This document shows, piece by piece, positions 24,166 to 32,382 of a stretch of DNA of 32,382 nucleotides. The number at the start of each line of letters is the position of its first letter. Position 1 is the stretch's first letter. The stretch lies in contig VXOZ01000005.1 in NCBI GenBank assembly GCA_009839775.1, positions 1 to 32,382 of the forward strand. Direction: 5' to 3'. A program made the position numbers and the translations under genes. Origin of the DNA: Chloroflexota bacterium (lineage in GTDB: Bacteria; Chloroflexota; UBA11872; VXOZ01). Under the pieces are notes generated by a model. That model was not told the origin of the DNA. It saw nothing but the letters and a program-made list of their open reading frames with translations, and did not search any database.

Positions 24166-24888
24166 CTAATAATCGCACGGCTTCACCCGGCCGAAATTCA
24201 AGTGGGGTAATTTGTCGCCCACCGCCTGGACGATGGCGGCCAAATCCGACATGGTGCGCAAATCACCGTTGCCGCGGGCAAGTTCATATAGTTGGAGCAG
24301 CGTGTCGCTAACCTCGTTAACTTGTTGGCGGACCGGAAAGTCTAAAAGTTTTTTCACGGCATCAACGACTGCCCGAAAATAAAGCCGGTGGACGGAATTG
24401 CGGCCAACCAGCTCTTGGTCATCCTCAAGCAGAGACCAGTATTTCTCCAAGTCCCAGAAACAGTCGCCCAAGCCGTCCCGTTCAAATGCCTCCAGCCGAC
24501 GGTCAGCCGCCAAACCTTCGTTAAGCCTGTCCAGGTCAATGCTGAGATAATTTTTATTAAACCCCGTGGACGAACGCAGATCCAGAAGCCTGCAATCCCG
24601 CGGTACGAGATTGAGTTTTATGTCTTCTGGCAATTCTGAAAAAGCCTGGCTCAAAGTTCGGTGGGTCCGGCTGTAACGCAGCGCTTCCGAGTGCCAATTA
24701 TCCCCTATGATGGGCTTAAGGCTGTCGGGGTCCTGGTCGGCTAGCGCCTGCAAGGCGGCGTGATCCGGCAAGAACCCGATCCTTTCTTCCAAGGTGCCGA
24801 GTAGCGCTTGAAAGTCCGCCCGCAAATCCTCGTGACGCTTGACTTTGGCGCCCCGCTCTATATTCGGAAGCTCTACTACATTCTCCAC
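24166..24888 (-). CDS. Hypothetical protein (240 aa)
   Basis: Long ORF with a GTG start at 24888, lying 10 nt downstream of a minus-strand TGTCATAAT extended -10 box. No recognisable domain. Confidence 0.55.
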   Translation of the reverse strand: MENVVELPNIERGAKVKRHEDLRADFQALLGTLEERIGFLPDHAALQALADQDPDSLKPIIGDNWHSEALRYSRTHRTLSQAFSELPEDIKLNLVPRDCRLLDLRSSTGFNKNYLSIDLDRLNEGLAADRRLEAFERDGLGDCFWDLEKYWSLLEDDQELVGRNSVHRLYFRAVVDAVKKLLDFPVRQQVNEVSDTLLQLYELARGNGDLRTMSDLAAIVQAVGDKLPHLNFGRVKPCDY

Positions 24889-25021
24889 TGTGCAGGCAAT
24901 TATGACATTAAACCCCGTAATTCACAAATAGCCGCAGTCCGGCGGGTCAAGAGCAACCGAAGGACCCCCGTCCGGCTGTAATTCTTCGAGCCCTGAGTGA
25001 CAGAATCTGGGGCGGGCAAGC

Positions 25022-25762
25022 TTAGTTCTCGGGGAAAACCTTCTCGCAAACGGCCGCTACTTGGCCGATATCCAGCCAGTCGTTAGCCGTCCGGACTCCC
25101 GACTCCATGTCCAGCCAGAAGCGTCTTTGCGGATGGGAGGCAACAAACTCCAAAGCCTGATCGACATTGGCTTGATTGAGGCCGCCGGCATAACCGGAGC
25201 GGATTTCACGGGCATCGGGAGCAAGCCAGTGTTCAAGAGACTCAAGACCTTGACCTCCGGAGAGGTCGAAAAGATACTCGACCTTGGGGTCGGGCAGAAC
25301 CCAGTCGGCTTCAAAGGGCTGCCTTTTTTGGAGAATGACCTTGGGCACGTCTACCGCTTCGGCAAAAGCCGCCACTCTGCCCGCTTCATACTCCCGGGCG
25401 TTAATCTGTACCCGGCTGAAACCGCGGCAGAGACGCAAAACTTCGTCCGTATCACCGTCTCCAAGAGCAGCTCTGGCGAACCGTCCGCAAAGATGGATAG
25501 CTACGGAAATTTCGCTCTTGCGGGTCAAGCCCCGCCACCATTTTATCTCTCCTTCGGCCGGATACCTCCTGGCGTCAGATTGGCCGGAACGGCCGCCCAC
25601 CAAAACCCCGAATTCCACTCTGGGATAACGACTCCAAAGCTCCCAGACAGTTTGGAAATCCGTTTGGTAATCAAGGCCTGTGAAGGTCAGTATCTCCAGG
25701 TTTTCCAAGTTGGCCCTTTCCGGCTGCGAGGATCTTTCGGCGACGGCGCAACTCTCTTTCAT
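25022..25762 (-). CDS. Phosphoribosylanthranilate isomerase (TrpF)-like TIM-barrel protein
   Basis: It has TrpF-like C-terminal motifs: YLFDLSGGQG (compare LLDS..GGTG), GYAGGLNQANV (compare LAGGLNPENV) and WLDMESGVR (compare VDVSSGVE). The track start at 25798 is a TTG inside a TTGACA; I prefer the ATG at 25762. The start remains uncertain. Confidence 0.5.
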   Translation of the reverse strand: MKESCAVAERSSQPERANLENLEILTFTGLDYQTDFQTVWELWSRYPRVEFGVLVGGRSGQSDARRYPAEGEIKWWRGLTRKSEISVAIHLCGRFARAALGDGDTDEVLRLCRGFSRVQINAREYEAGRVAAFAEAVDVPKVILQKRQPFEADWVLPDPKVEYLFDLSGGQGLESLEHWLAPDAREIRSGYAGGLNQANVDQALEFVASHPQRRFWLDMESGVRTANDWLDIGQVAAVCEKVFPEN

Positions 25763-25915
25763 CAACCCCCATGGTAAACCAGATTCGGGTTTTGTCAAAA
25801 CACTGATCCGTATTTTCGAGCTTGCTTTACCGGATTAAAAAACCGGTTCAATATGCGGTAAAATTGGATTGTGGCACAATAAACGATCGCGGGTCAACAA
25901 GAGATTTAAAAGAGT

Positions 25916-26545
25916 ATGAAAGGCACGGTGTATTTGGGCGGAGGAGGCGATGAAACTCAAGCCGCGGCCATAGACGCGATAGTATTTGACAGTAAAAACT
26001 ATGCCCGAAACAGCATAAACTGCCTGTTCGTACCCGTAGCCCTTAATCCCCGAAAATATGGTGAAGCGGAGCGGTGGTTCTCTTCAAGCTACGGCAACTA
26101 TTGCGACAACGTCAATCTTTGCGTCAACCTCTACGACCTCGATTACGAAAAACTGCGTCAGTATAATCTGGTCTATATCGGCGGTGGCGATACCGGCAGA
26201 CTGATGGACCAAATCGAGAAGAGTGGGTTCAAAAGCTTAATCCCCGAGTTCATCGATGCCGGAGGATATGTTTTCGGGGGAAGCGCGGGTGCCATCGCGA
26301 TGGGCAAATCCGTCCTAACCGCGCCGGAAGATGAAGAAACGGCAACCCTCACCACCGGTATCAACTGTATCGGAGATTGGTCGGCCTATCCCCATTACGA
26401 CAACAACTCGGCGGAAGAGGTGCGGGAGCTTGCCCGCCGTCTTAACTCCAACATAGTTGCCATACCGGAAGAGAGTGGGGTTATTTATGACGGTGAGCTA
26501 ATCGCAGTCGGCGCCGGCGTAGAATTCTTTTATGCGCGGCGGTAG
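25916..26545 (+). CDS. Peptidase S51 (dipeptidase E / cyanophycinase-like) family protein
   Basis: VYIGGGDTGRLMDQIEKSGF...GGYVFGGSAGAIAMG matches the S51 pattern (IyvgGGNt..L ... G.SAGa), which has its nucleophile Ser in GSAG. Confidence 0.6.
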   Translation: MKGTVYLGGGGDETQAAAIDAIVFDSKNYARNSINCLFVPVALNPRKYGEAERWFSSSYGNYCDNVNLCVNLYDLDYEKLRQYNLVYIGGGDTGRLMDQIEKSGFKSLIPEFIDAGGYVFGGSAGAIAMGKSVLTAPEDEETATLTTGINCIGDWSAYPHYDNNSAEEVRELARRLNSNIVAIPEESGVIYDGELIAVGAGVEFFYARR

Positions 26546-26709
26546 CGGCAAACCGGTGGGCCAAACCTCCCTTCAATCTCCCTGACGGTCAAGCGCTCGC
26601 TAACCAGCTGCCGGGTTTGTTTTCCGCCGGGATTACCGTGATTTTGTTTATTCAACGCCTGATATACTGGACATTGATGCCGGGAAATAAATGCGACCGC
26701 ATTTGATTC

Positions 26710-27957
26710 ATGAAAAACATTCGCAACCCCTTAGTGCTGGTAGCTGGCCTGCTGATCATCGTCATATCGCTGGCTGTTGTTTACCGCCATTTCAGTTCTC
26801 GTGAAACCGGTCCCGATACCGAAACGGAACCCCAATCCGTTAGTCAAAACGATACCGACCAGCCGACAGTTTCCGACCCGATTCCGAGTACAATTTACGC
26901 CGGGACAGACGAGCTGACCGTCAGCGAAGTGATGACGGGCTTGGATATTCCCTGGGACATCGCCTTCACGCCCGACGGCGTGATGCTGGTCAACGAGAGA
27001 GCCGGCAAACTGACAGCCCGATTGGCGGATGGCGCCTTTCAGGCAGTAGAAGCTGATTTCAGCGACTTGTCGGTCAGGGGCGAGCTGGGCTTGATGGGGA
27101 TGGTCGTCGACCCGCGGTTCGTTGCGAACCGCCGCTTTTACACTTGTCAGGGGGACGGCGGGACAGGGCAGATAAAAGTGGTAGCCTGGCGAATTAGTGA
27201 CGACTACACCCGGGCGGACAGGGTCGATGACCCGCTGGTAGGTGGCATACCCAGCGCCAGTATTCATAACGGCTGCCGTTTGCGTTTCGGTGCCGAAGGC
27301 TACCTGTGGATCTCAACCGGCGACGCTGCCCGAGGAGCAAGCCCTCAAGACTTGAATTCGCTGGGCGGCAAAGTTTTGCGCGTGGACGCCGCCACGGGCC
27401 GGGCCGCTCCCGGCAATCCTTTCAGCGGCTCCGAAAACGCCGAGCTGGTTTACACCTTTGGTCACCGCAACCCTCAGGGCTTGGCCTGGCACTCCGGCAC
27501 AGGTCGGATGTGGGCGGTTGAACACGGCCCCGACGTTGACGATGAGATTAATCTGCTGATACGCGGAGGCAATTACGGCTGGGATCCGGCATCGGCTTCC
27601 AGCAGTTATTATCAGCAGGTGCCAATGACCGACGCGGTAAAATACCCCGACGCCATTGAAGCCAGCTGGTTGTCGGGCGACCCGACCTTGGCTGTCTCCG
27701 GCGCCATATTCTTAACAGGGGAGCGGTGGGGTGGCAAAGAGGGCTGGCTGGCTGTCGCGACACTTAAAGACAGCAGGCTCTATCTTTTCCAATTTGACGA
27801 AGCCGGCAATCTTGAAGACAGTTTCACCGTGCCGGAGCTGGACAATACCTACGGACGCTTGCGGACGCCGATGGTGGGGCCCGACGGCGCCCTTTATATC
27901 AGCACCAGTAATGGCGGCGGCAACGATCTCGTGCTGAGAGTAGCGCCAAGCTTATAA
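26710..27957 (+). CDS. PQQ-dependent sugar (glucose/sorbosone) dehydrogenase family beta-propeller, N-terminally anchored
   Basis: N-terminal TM helix. The motifs GLDIPWDIAFTPDG, GLMGMVVDPRF, HNGCRLRFGAEGYLWISTGD, LGGKVLRV, FGHRNPQGLAW and EHGPDVDDEINLLIRGGNYGW are typical of YliI/sorbosone dehydrogenase-type proteins. Confidence 0.8.
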   Translation: MKNIRNPLVLVAGLLIIVISLAVVYRHFSSRETGPDTETEPQSVSQNDTDQPTVSDPIPSTIYAGTDELTVSEVMTGLDIPWDIAFTPDGVMLVNERAGKLTARLADGAFQAVEADFSDLSVRGELGLMGMVVDPRFVANRRFYTCQGDGGTGQIKVVAWRISDDYTRADRVDDPLVGGIPSASIHNGCRLRFGAEGYLWISTGDAARGASPQDLNSLGGKVLRVDAATGRAAPGNPFSGSENAELVYTFGHRNPQGLAWHSGTGRMWAVEHGPDVDDEINLLIRGGNYGWDPASASSSYYQQVPMTDAVKYPDAIEASWLSGDPTLAVSGAIFLTGERWGGKEGWLAVATLKDSRLYLFQFDEAGNLEDSFTVPELDNTYGRLRTPMVGPDGALYISTSNGGGNDLVLRVAPSL

Positions 27958-28331
27958 CCTTCGGTCTTTAAAGTCTCGGCTGAAGAAGTTCGGCACCAGA
28001 GCGGTCAGGTTGGACTTGCCTGAGGTCGCGGCCATCTTGAACCATTACGTGGGGGTTATATCGCAAATAACATCACTCAATAACGTATAACCTCCGTTAT
28101 GAACGGAGCTAAAGACAATTCGGCGAAAAGAACGGCAGAGCTTAAAAAAGCAATGGCTATTGACGTGAAAAAAGACGCTCCGGAGTCCGCAGAGACTTGG
28201 TGGCGGCGACTGCGCAAACGCCTGAAATTCTTGCTCTGGTTCGGGCATTAGCAACCGAAGTGTTATTTGCGACATAACCCCATCGCCTTGCGGCTAGACT
28301 TACTGGCCGGTTTATATTATCATCGCCGCAT

Positions 28332-28475
28332 ATGGCGGAATGGGAAAACGATCCGAATCTCAGGAAAAAGACGCGCAAAGTTGTCGGAGTCTTAATTATC
28401 ATGATAACGTCAGTTATAGGTGTTTCTATGTTGTTTAAGACCTCTAAATTTTTCTCTGATCTTTTTGGTCTTTAA
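28332..28475 (+). CDS. Possible small membrane protein (47 aa)
   Basis: The ORF is below the track cutoff. It reads MAEWENDPNLRKKTRKVVGVLIIMITSVIGVSMLFKTSKFFSDLFGL and has one clear TM helix. TATTAT lies 11 nt upstream of the ATG. Speculative. Confidence 0.3.
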   Translation: MAEWENDPNLRKKTRKVVGVLIIMITSVIGVSMLFKTSKFFSDLFGL

Positions 28476-28551
28476 GGGCTGGAGTCGCTACAGGGCATAA
28501 TAGCCTTTGGCGTTTCTTTATTTGGCATACAATAAAATTGGATAAAATAAA

Positions 28552-28605
28552 CTTGCCCTCCCTTATTAAAGACTTGAGTCTTTTGCTCATATAAGGGAGA
28601 GCAAG
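28552..28605. other. Long imperfect hairpin (15-bp stem) in a noncoding region, possibly a structured RNA or terminator
   Basis: CTTGCCCTCCCTTAT (28552-28566) pairs with ATAAGGGAGAGCAAG (28591-28605) with one mismatch. The loop contains a second AGACT/AGTCT stem. Confidence 0.45.
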
Positions 28606-28752
28606 CTATATTCAGATGGTAGCTATTTTGGGCAGAAACGTCAAATCACCCCATTTTGGTGCGATATTGTATATAACCCCCCCCCATTACGTGCCCTGTA
28701 CTTTTATAAGATTATATAGTATAACTAGAACAATTAATAAAAGGAGGCGGTC

Positions 28753-29421
28753 ATGGGAGAGAGGGTAAAGCAACCTGAGACAATCGAAGAGGTTCGTACT
28801 TTGTTGGCCGAGAGATTACAGGAGGTGGTCGAACCTGATTCAAACGAGCGCCTACTGGTAAGCCAGACTGAACTGGCGCGGCACGATAAGCTGAAGGCGT
28901 TGCTGCAAAGCAGGCTCTATGGACAGTTGCTCTGGACACTGGAAGAAAACCAGGACCAGGTCCACCCCGAGGCCAATCAGCTTATTAGACATTTAAGCAC
29001 AAGTTACTTGCCTATAGCGGCTGAGTTTTACGCTTCGATGGAAAAATACTGGGAGGATAGGGCTAATCACACACCCGGAGGAGAATCCTCTTGGGAGCTG
29101 TTCGTAACCCGCCCTAACAACGCGCACTCCGATGAAGTGGGATCAGGCTTGCTTCTTACCTCACGCTGGGGGTTGCGTCCGGTTTGCCTGCTGATGAACC
29201 CATATGAGATTGCTCACAATATTACGACTTGCCCCGACGGTATCGACGGCTATTTAAACAGCCGCGTGGATGAGGCAAAAATGGGAGAACAAAGGATAGG
29301 CATCCTGAAAGACATCTGTGAAGAATTCGAGCACGAGCACGGGCAAATCTACGTGAAGCCTTTGAATCATATGGAGCAATATTACCGGCAATCTCTCTCA
29401 TTTTGGCTCACCTGGAGGTGA
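28753..29421 (+). CDS. Hypothetical protein (222 aa)
   Basis: Strong RBS (AAAGGAGG 5 nt upstream of the ATG) and AT-rich promoter-like sequence upstream (TTATATAGTATAACT). No recognisable domain. Confidence 0.65.
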   Translation: MGERVKQPETIEEVRTLLAERLQEVVEPDSNERLLVSQTELARHDKLKALLQSRLYGQLLWTLEENQDQVHPEANQLIRHLSTSYLPIAAEFYASMEKYWEDRANHTPGGESSWELFVTRPNNAHSDEVGSGLLLTSRWGLRPVCLLMNPYEIAHNITTCPDGIDGYLNSRVDEAKMGEQRIGILKDICEEFEHEHGQIYVKPLNHMEQYYRQSLSFWLTWR

Positions 29422-29633
29422 TGCCGCCAAGGCGGCCGCGGCAACCTTAAACCGCTCAAACTTTTACCGAACGGTGGATTACGCTACAATTGGCCACTGT
29501 ACCAATGGAAAAGAACCGGGATGGAAGCCTTAAATACTTCTGATAAAGAGGGTGCTTTGATCAGAAGCCGGACGGGAGGCCGCCCCCTTTTTGAATTATC
29601 ACGGCAGGCAGGCGTTGGCGTATAATGGAATCC

Positions 29634-30182
29634 ATGGAAAAGACGGCAAGCCGCATGGACGCTAAATTCTTGGAAAAGCTGGCGGGGGTGAACCCCGACC
29701 GCGGTCCGGGCTGGTATTATCACGCCGAGCTGAATCCTGACACGAACGTCTTGACCAAAATAGAGGAGGGGGTCGCTAAAAAACCCGCCCCGGAATCAGC
29801 CAATACGTTCGTGTCAGCCAGAATCGAATGCGAATACGCCCCCAATAGCGCAACCGTGATAACGCATAAAAGGGAGTATCTTTTAGACCGCGACGGGTTA
29901 ACCGTTTCCGAAACGATTACGGACTATTGGCCGTATGCCACCGGCAACAACCCCCTCCGCCGAATAGAAACCGAGGCGGTTTCAAGCGGCGAACAACCCT
30001 CCAGGCACCTGACCTACTTCCACCCTGATTGGACGAGCATAATCGTGGCACAGCAAACGGAACATCTGGACGCCAACGGCCAAACCGCCGACGTTCTGCC
30101 CCTCGAAATCCTCCATCCTAAAGGTTATTACAGACTTCAGGAACACCTGCAGGAACTGGACTCAGCCCAGCGTTCGCTTTAG
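29634..30182 (+). CDS. Hypothetical protein (182 aa)
   Basis: The track ORF starts at 29625, but that ATG overlaps a TATAAT box (29621-29626). The next in-frame ATG at 29634 lies exactly 7 nt after the box, giving a leaderless layout. No recognisable domain. Confidence 0.55.
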   Translation: MEKTASRMDAKFLEKLAGVNPDRGPGWYYHAELNPDTNVLTKIEEGVAKKPAPESANTFVSARIECEYAPNSATVITHKREYLLDRDGLTVSETITDYWPYATGNNPLRRIETEAVSSGEQPSRHLTYFHPDWTSIIVAQQTEHLDANGQTADVLPLEILHPKGYYRLQEHLQELDSAQRSL

Positions 30183-30221
30183 ATTACTCCGTCGCTGGCT
30201 GGCAACTACATAACGAAAACC

Positions 30222-30968
30222 ATGACAAAACTTGTCGGAATCCTCAACATAACGCCGGACAGTTTCAGTGACGGCGGCCAAAACGACTCTGCGGAGATCG
30301 CGGTTAAGCGGGCCGAGGAGATGTTTAATGAAGGTGCCTCAATAGTTGATGTGGGCGCTGAGAGCACGAGGCCGGGAGCCGAGGCGATTGGTTGGCGCGA
30401 AGAGACGGCCCGGCTGGCCGGTTTCATGGCGTGCGCCGAAAGCTCGGACTGGAGCATCTCGCTCGACACCTATCACCCGGAAACCATCAGGTGGGCCAGC
30501 CGCCGGCTGTCCTCGTTTATCATTAATGACGTTACCGGCTTCCGGGACGGGGCCATGCGCAGAGCCGCTGCGGTCACGGGCAACAAGGTTGTCGTCAGTC
30601 ACCTGCCGAAAGCCAGCCTCAGTATTCAGGACGCTCACAGGCGGAAACCCGTCGCCTCGGTCGGCCAAGTGGTTGAAGAGTTGCGCAGAGCCGTAGGGCG
30701 ATTGACCGAAGCCGGAGTCGACCCCGACAAGATAATCGTCGATCCCGGGATAGGTTTCGGCAAAAGCCCGGAACTTAACTGGGAGTTGTTGAGGTTCGGC
30801 CTCTACATGCCCGGATACGAGGTGATGGTGGGCTACTCCAGAAAGAAGTTCTTGGGAGAAGATCGCATGGACATTGAAACGAACCGCTTGGCCGGGAAAA
30901 TAGCCATCGAGGCCGGCGCCGGCTACCTCAGGGTGCACGACGTAGAGGGTCACGCTTCGTTAATCTGA
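30222..30968 (+). CDS. folP: Dihydropteroate synthase
   Basis: GILNITPDSFSDGG, VDVGAESTRPGA, SLDTY, INDVTG, DPGIGFGK, GYSRKKF and LRVHDV together form the canonical DHPS motif series. Confidence 0.9.
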   Translation: MTKLVGILNITPDSFSDGGQNDSAEIAVKRAEEMFNEGASIVDVGAESTRPGAEAIGWREETARLAGFMACAESSDWSISLDTYHPETIRWASRRLSSFIINDVTGFRDGAMRRAAAVTGNKVVVSHLPKASLSIQDAHRRKPVASVGQVVEELRRAVGRLTEAGVDPDKIIVDPGIGFGKSPELNWELLRFGLYMPGYEVMVGYSRKKFLGEDRMDIETNRLAGKIAIEAGAGYLRVHDVEGHASLI

Positions 30969-31628
30969 AGTTTGGCCGGGATCCCAATTGTTGAACTTGA
31001 ATCCCGGAATGGCTTCGGCCGGGCGGTCGTTCGCGCGCAGCATCATCGAAAGCCTGGTTTCGGTTTTTAAATTCTGGACGCTGTGCTCGGGTCTGATTTC
31101 TTCATCCGTGTCAATCAGCCCAGGGGCTCTCAGCAAGCACAGATCGCCGGGTAAGACGGGGGATATCATGTCTTGCCCCTTGTGGGTGATAACCAGATCG
31201 CATTCGCCCTCGATGGCGACGATTGCGACAAGGCCGATGAAACGCAAGTTGTCGCGGTGCCGGCTCAACCCGACCTCTTGGTCGTCATAGAGGTGGAAAG
31301 AAAGCTCGTCGGCCTCCCAGTTTTCTAAAGAGGGGAACTCGGCCGACATCTCGTTGACGTAGTCTTGGGTCTTCTCCTTCAAGGCGACCGTATTGGGCAG
31401 GCGGTCCAGGAACGACTGGTCGCCCCGGCTGAGTTTCAGGGCGAAGGTGAAATGGTTCTGGACAATCTCCAAACCCCGTTTATTCTGATAGGTTTCGTGG
31501 GCGTCAAGCCACTCCTTCCCGAGGCCGCCGGCTTCTTTGGCCACCACGGCGACTTCTGAGGGATCGGCGAAGCAGGGGATGATTTCAACGCCCGTGCCCG
31601 ACAAATTTATCAACTCCCTGTAATACAT
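30960..31628 (-). CDS. 2OG-Fe(II) oxygenase superfamily protein (putative)
   Basis: An HxD (SRHRD) ... H (RPEHSV) ... RxS (RLSMMLR) triad occurs with spacing typical of 2-oxoglutarate/Fe(II) dioxygenases. A minus-strand TACAAT lies 7 nt from the ATG. The gene overlaps the folP 3' end by 9 nt (convergent). Confidence 0.5.
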   Translation of the reverse strand: MYYRELINLSGTGVEIIPCFADPSEVAVVAKEAGGLGKEWLDAHETYQNKRGLEIVQNHFTFALKLSRGDQSFLDRLPNTVALKEKTQDYVNEMSAEFPSLENWEADELSFHLYDDQEVGLSRHRDNLRFIGLVAIVAIEGECDLVITHKGQDMISPVLPGDLCLLRAPGLIDTDEEIRPEHSVQNLKTETRLSMMLRANDRPAEAIPGFKFNNWDPGQTSD

Positions 31629-31804
31629 ACTATAGATTGTACCCCAATATGCCGGCGCCGGCCCAATAATGAATTATTAAACGGAGGGCGGGTGGCAGCG
31701 CCGGGCAGGCCGAAGCGGCACAATCCCGCGGCCGCAGCTTTTACGCCTTGGCGAAATTTGGTATCATGGCTGAAGTTGATCGCATTGAAAGAAAAGCTTG
31801 AAAA

Positions 31805-32382
31805 ATGAGAATAGCGTTCGTCGGCAAGGGAGGCAGCGGCAAAACCACCTGCGCCGCCCTCTTCACCCAGCACGTCCTCAACGACGCCAGCGGCAACGTC
31901 TGGGCCGTGGATGCCGACCTCAACATGCATCTGGCCGAACAACTGGGCGTTGACGCTACGGGCCTGAAACATATCTCCGACCCCGCTTCGGAAAAAGACA
32001 TCAAGGCATACCTGAGGGGCGGGAACGGCCGGATCAAGGAACTGTCCCATTTCAAGAAAACCACGCCGCCCGGGGAGGGCTCCGGCTTTATCGTCGTCAG
32101 GGATTCCGACAATTACGTCCTGCGAAACTACGCTTCAATCCGGAACAACCTATTCTTATCAATCGTCGGGTCTTACGATCCGGACGGCATCGGCGCCAGC
32201 TGCTACCATAACAATCTGGCCGTCTTGGAAAGCATGCTGTCCCACACGATCGACGAAGGCGCGCACGTCATCGTCGACATGGTCGCCGGCGTCGACGCCT
32301 TCGCGGGCACGTTGCACGCCCAAATCGACCTTGTGATTCTGGTAACCGAGCCGCCCAAGAAATCCGTGGACGTTTACAAACA
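31805..32382 (+). CDS. CooC/MinD/ParA-type P-loop ATPase (partial, runs off the window end)
   Basis: It is not in the ORF track because no stop is reached. The translation MRIAFVGKGGSGKTTCAALF...AVDADLNMHL...SCYHNNLAVLE...VDMVAGVDAFAGT...DLVILVTEP shows a deviant Walker A and CooC-like motifs. Confidence 0.65.
   Translation, partial: MRIAFVGKGGSGKTTCAALFTQHVLNDASGNVWAVDADLNMHLAEQLGVDATGLKHISDPASEKDIKAYLRGGNGRIKELSHFKKTTPPGEGSGFIVVRDSDNYVLRNYASIRNNLFLSIVGSYDPDGIGASCYHNNLAVLESMLSHTIDEGAHVIVDMVAGVDAFAGTLHAQIDLVILVTEPPKKSVDVYK

Noticed and set aside
25061-25777. 238-aa plus-strand ORF antisense to the TrpF-like gene
   Set aside because: The minus-strand frame carries recognisable TrpF-like motifs, while the plus frame has no motifs and looks like a GC-rich shadow.
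28099-28251. 50-aa basic ORF (MNGAKDNSAKRTAELKK...)
   Set aside because: It has no RBS or promoter; the sequence upstream is the anti-SD-like CCTCC. It is too short to support from sequence alone.
30339-30953. 204-aa minus-strand ORF antisense to folP
   Set aside because: folP motifs are unambiguous on the plus strand, so this is an antisense shadow.
31610-32112. Two minus-strand ORFs (31610..32050, 31741..32112)
   Set aside because: They are antisense to the clear Walker-A CooC/MinD-like gene, which starts at 31805 and runs off the window.

Overview
This is a bacterial chromosomal window. The backbone looks GC-rich by eye and encodes many small, unrecognisable proteins, which fits an uncultivated small-genome (possibly CPR/Patescibacteria-like) organism; that assignment is only a guess. 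Recognisable backbone genes are rpmG (L33), rpsJ (S10), a TauE/SafE permease, a TrpF-like TIM-barrel protein, an S51 peptidase-like protein, a PQQ-dependent sugar dehydrogenase, folP, a 2OG-Fe(II) oxygenase-like protein and a partial CooC/MinD-like ATPase. There are five tRNA genes: Thr-CGT, two identical Thr-GGT, Ser-CGA and Trp-CCA. The main accessory feature is a visibly AT-rich island of about 8.6 kb that starts at the 3' end of tRNA-Trp (11061 to about 19729). It carries a complete type I restriction-modification operon (hsdM-hsdS-hsdR, minus strand). Five bp away and convergent to it is an 872-aa fusion of a PHP phosphoesterase-like domain with a Rad50/SbcC-like ABC ATPase, which is the best candidate for a poorly understood defence component. 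No integrase is present. Downstream (19.7-23.2 kb) lies a patchwork of cassettes separated by three copies of a 31-bp hairpin-forming repeat: a small zinc-ribbon ORF, two paralogous DinJ/RelB-YafQ/RelE toxin-antitoxin pairs, a frameshifted gene remnant and a low-complexity surface protein. Upstream (1.5-5.3 kb) a conserved promoter plus 5' leader module occurs three times in front of unrelated small membrane-protein ORFs, twice together with an identical tRNA-Thr(GGT). Other observations are TGnTATAAT-type promoters, several -10 boxes 7-8 nt from the start codon (suggesting leaderless mRNAs), long G/C homopolymer tracts in intergenic regions, and a structured gene-poor stretch at 27.96-28.75 kb. 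No CRISPR array, rRNA or transposase was seen. All calls come from manual reading; no database search was possible.
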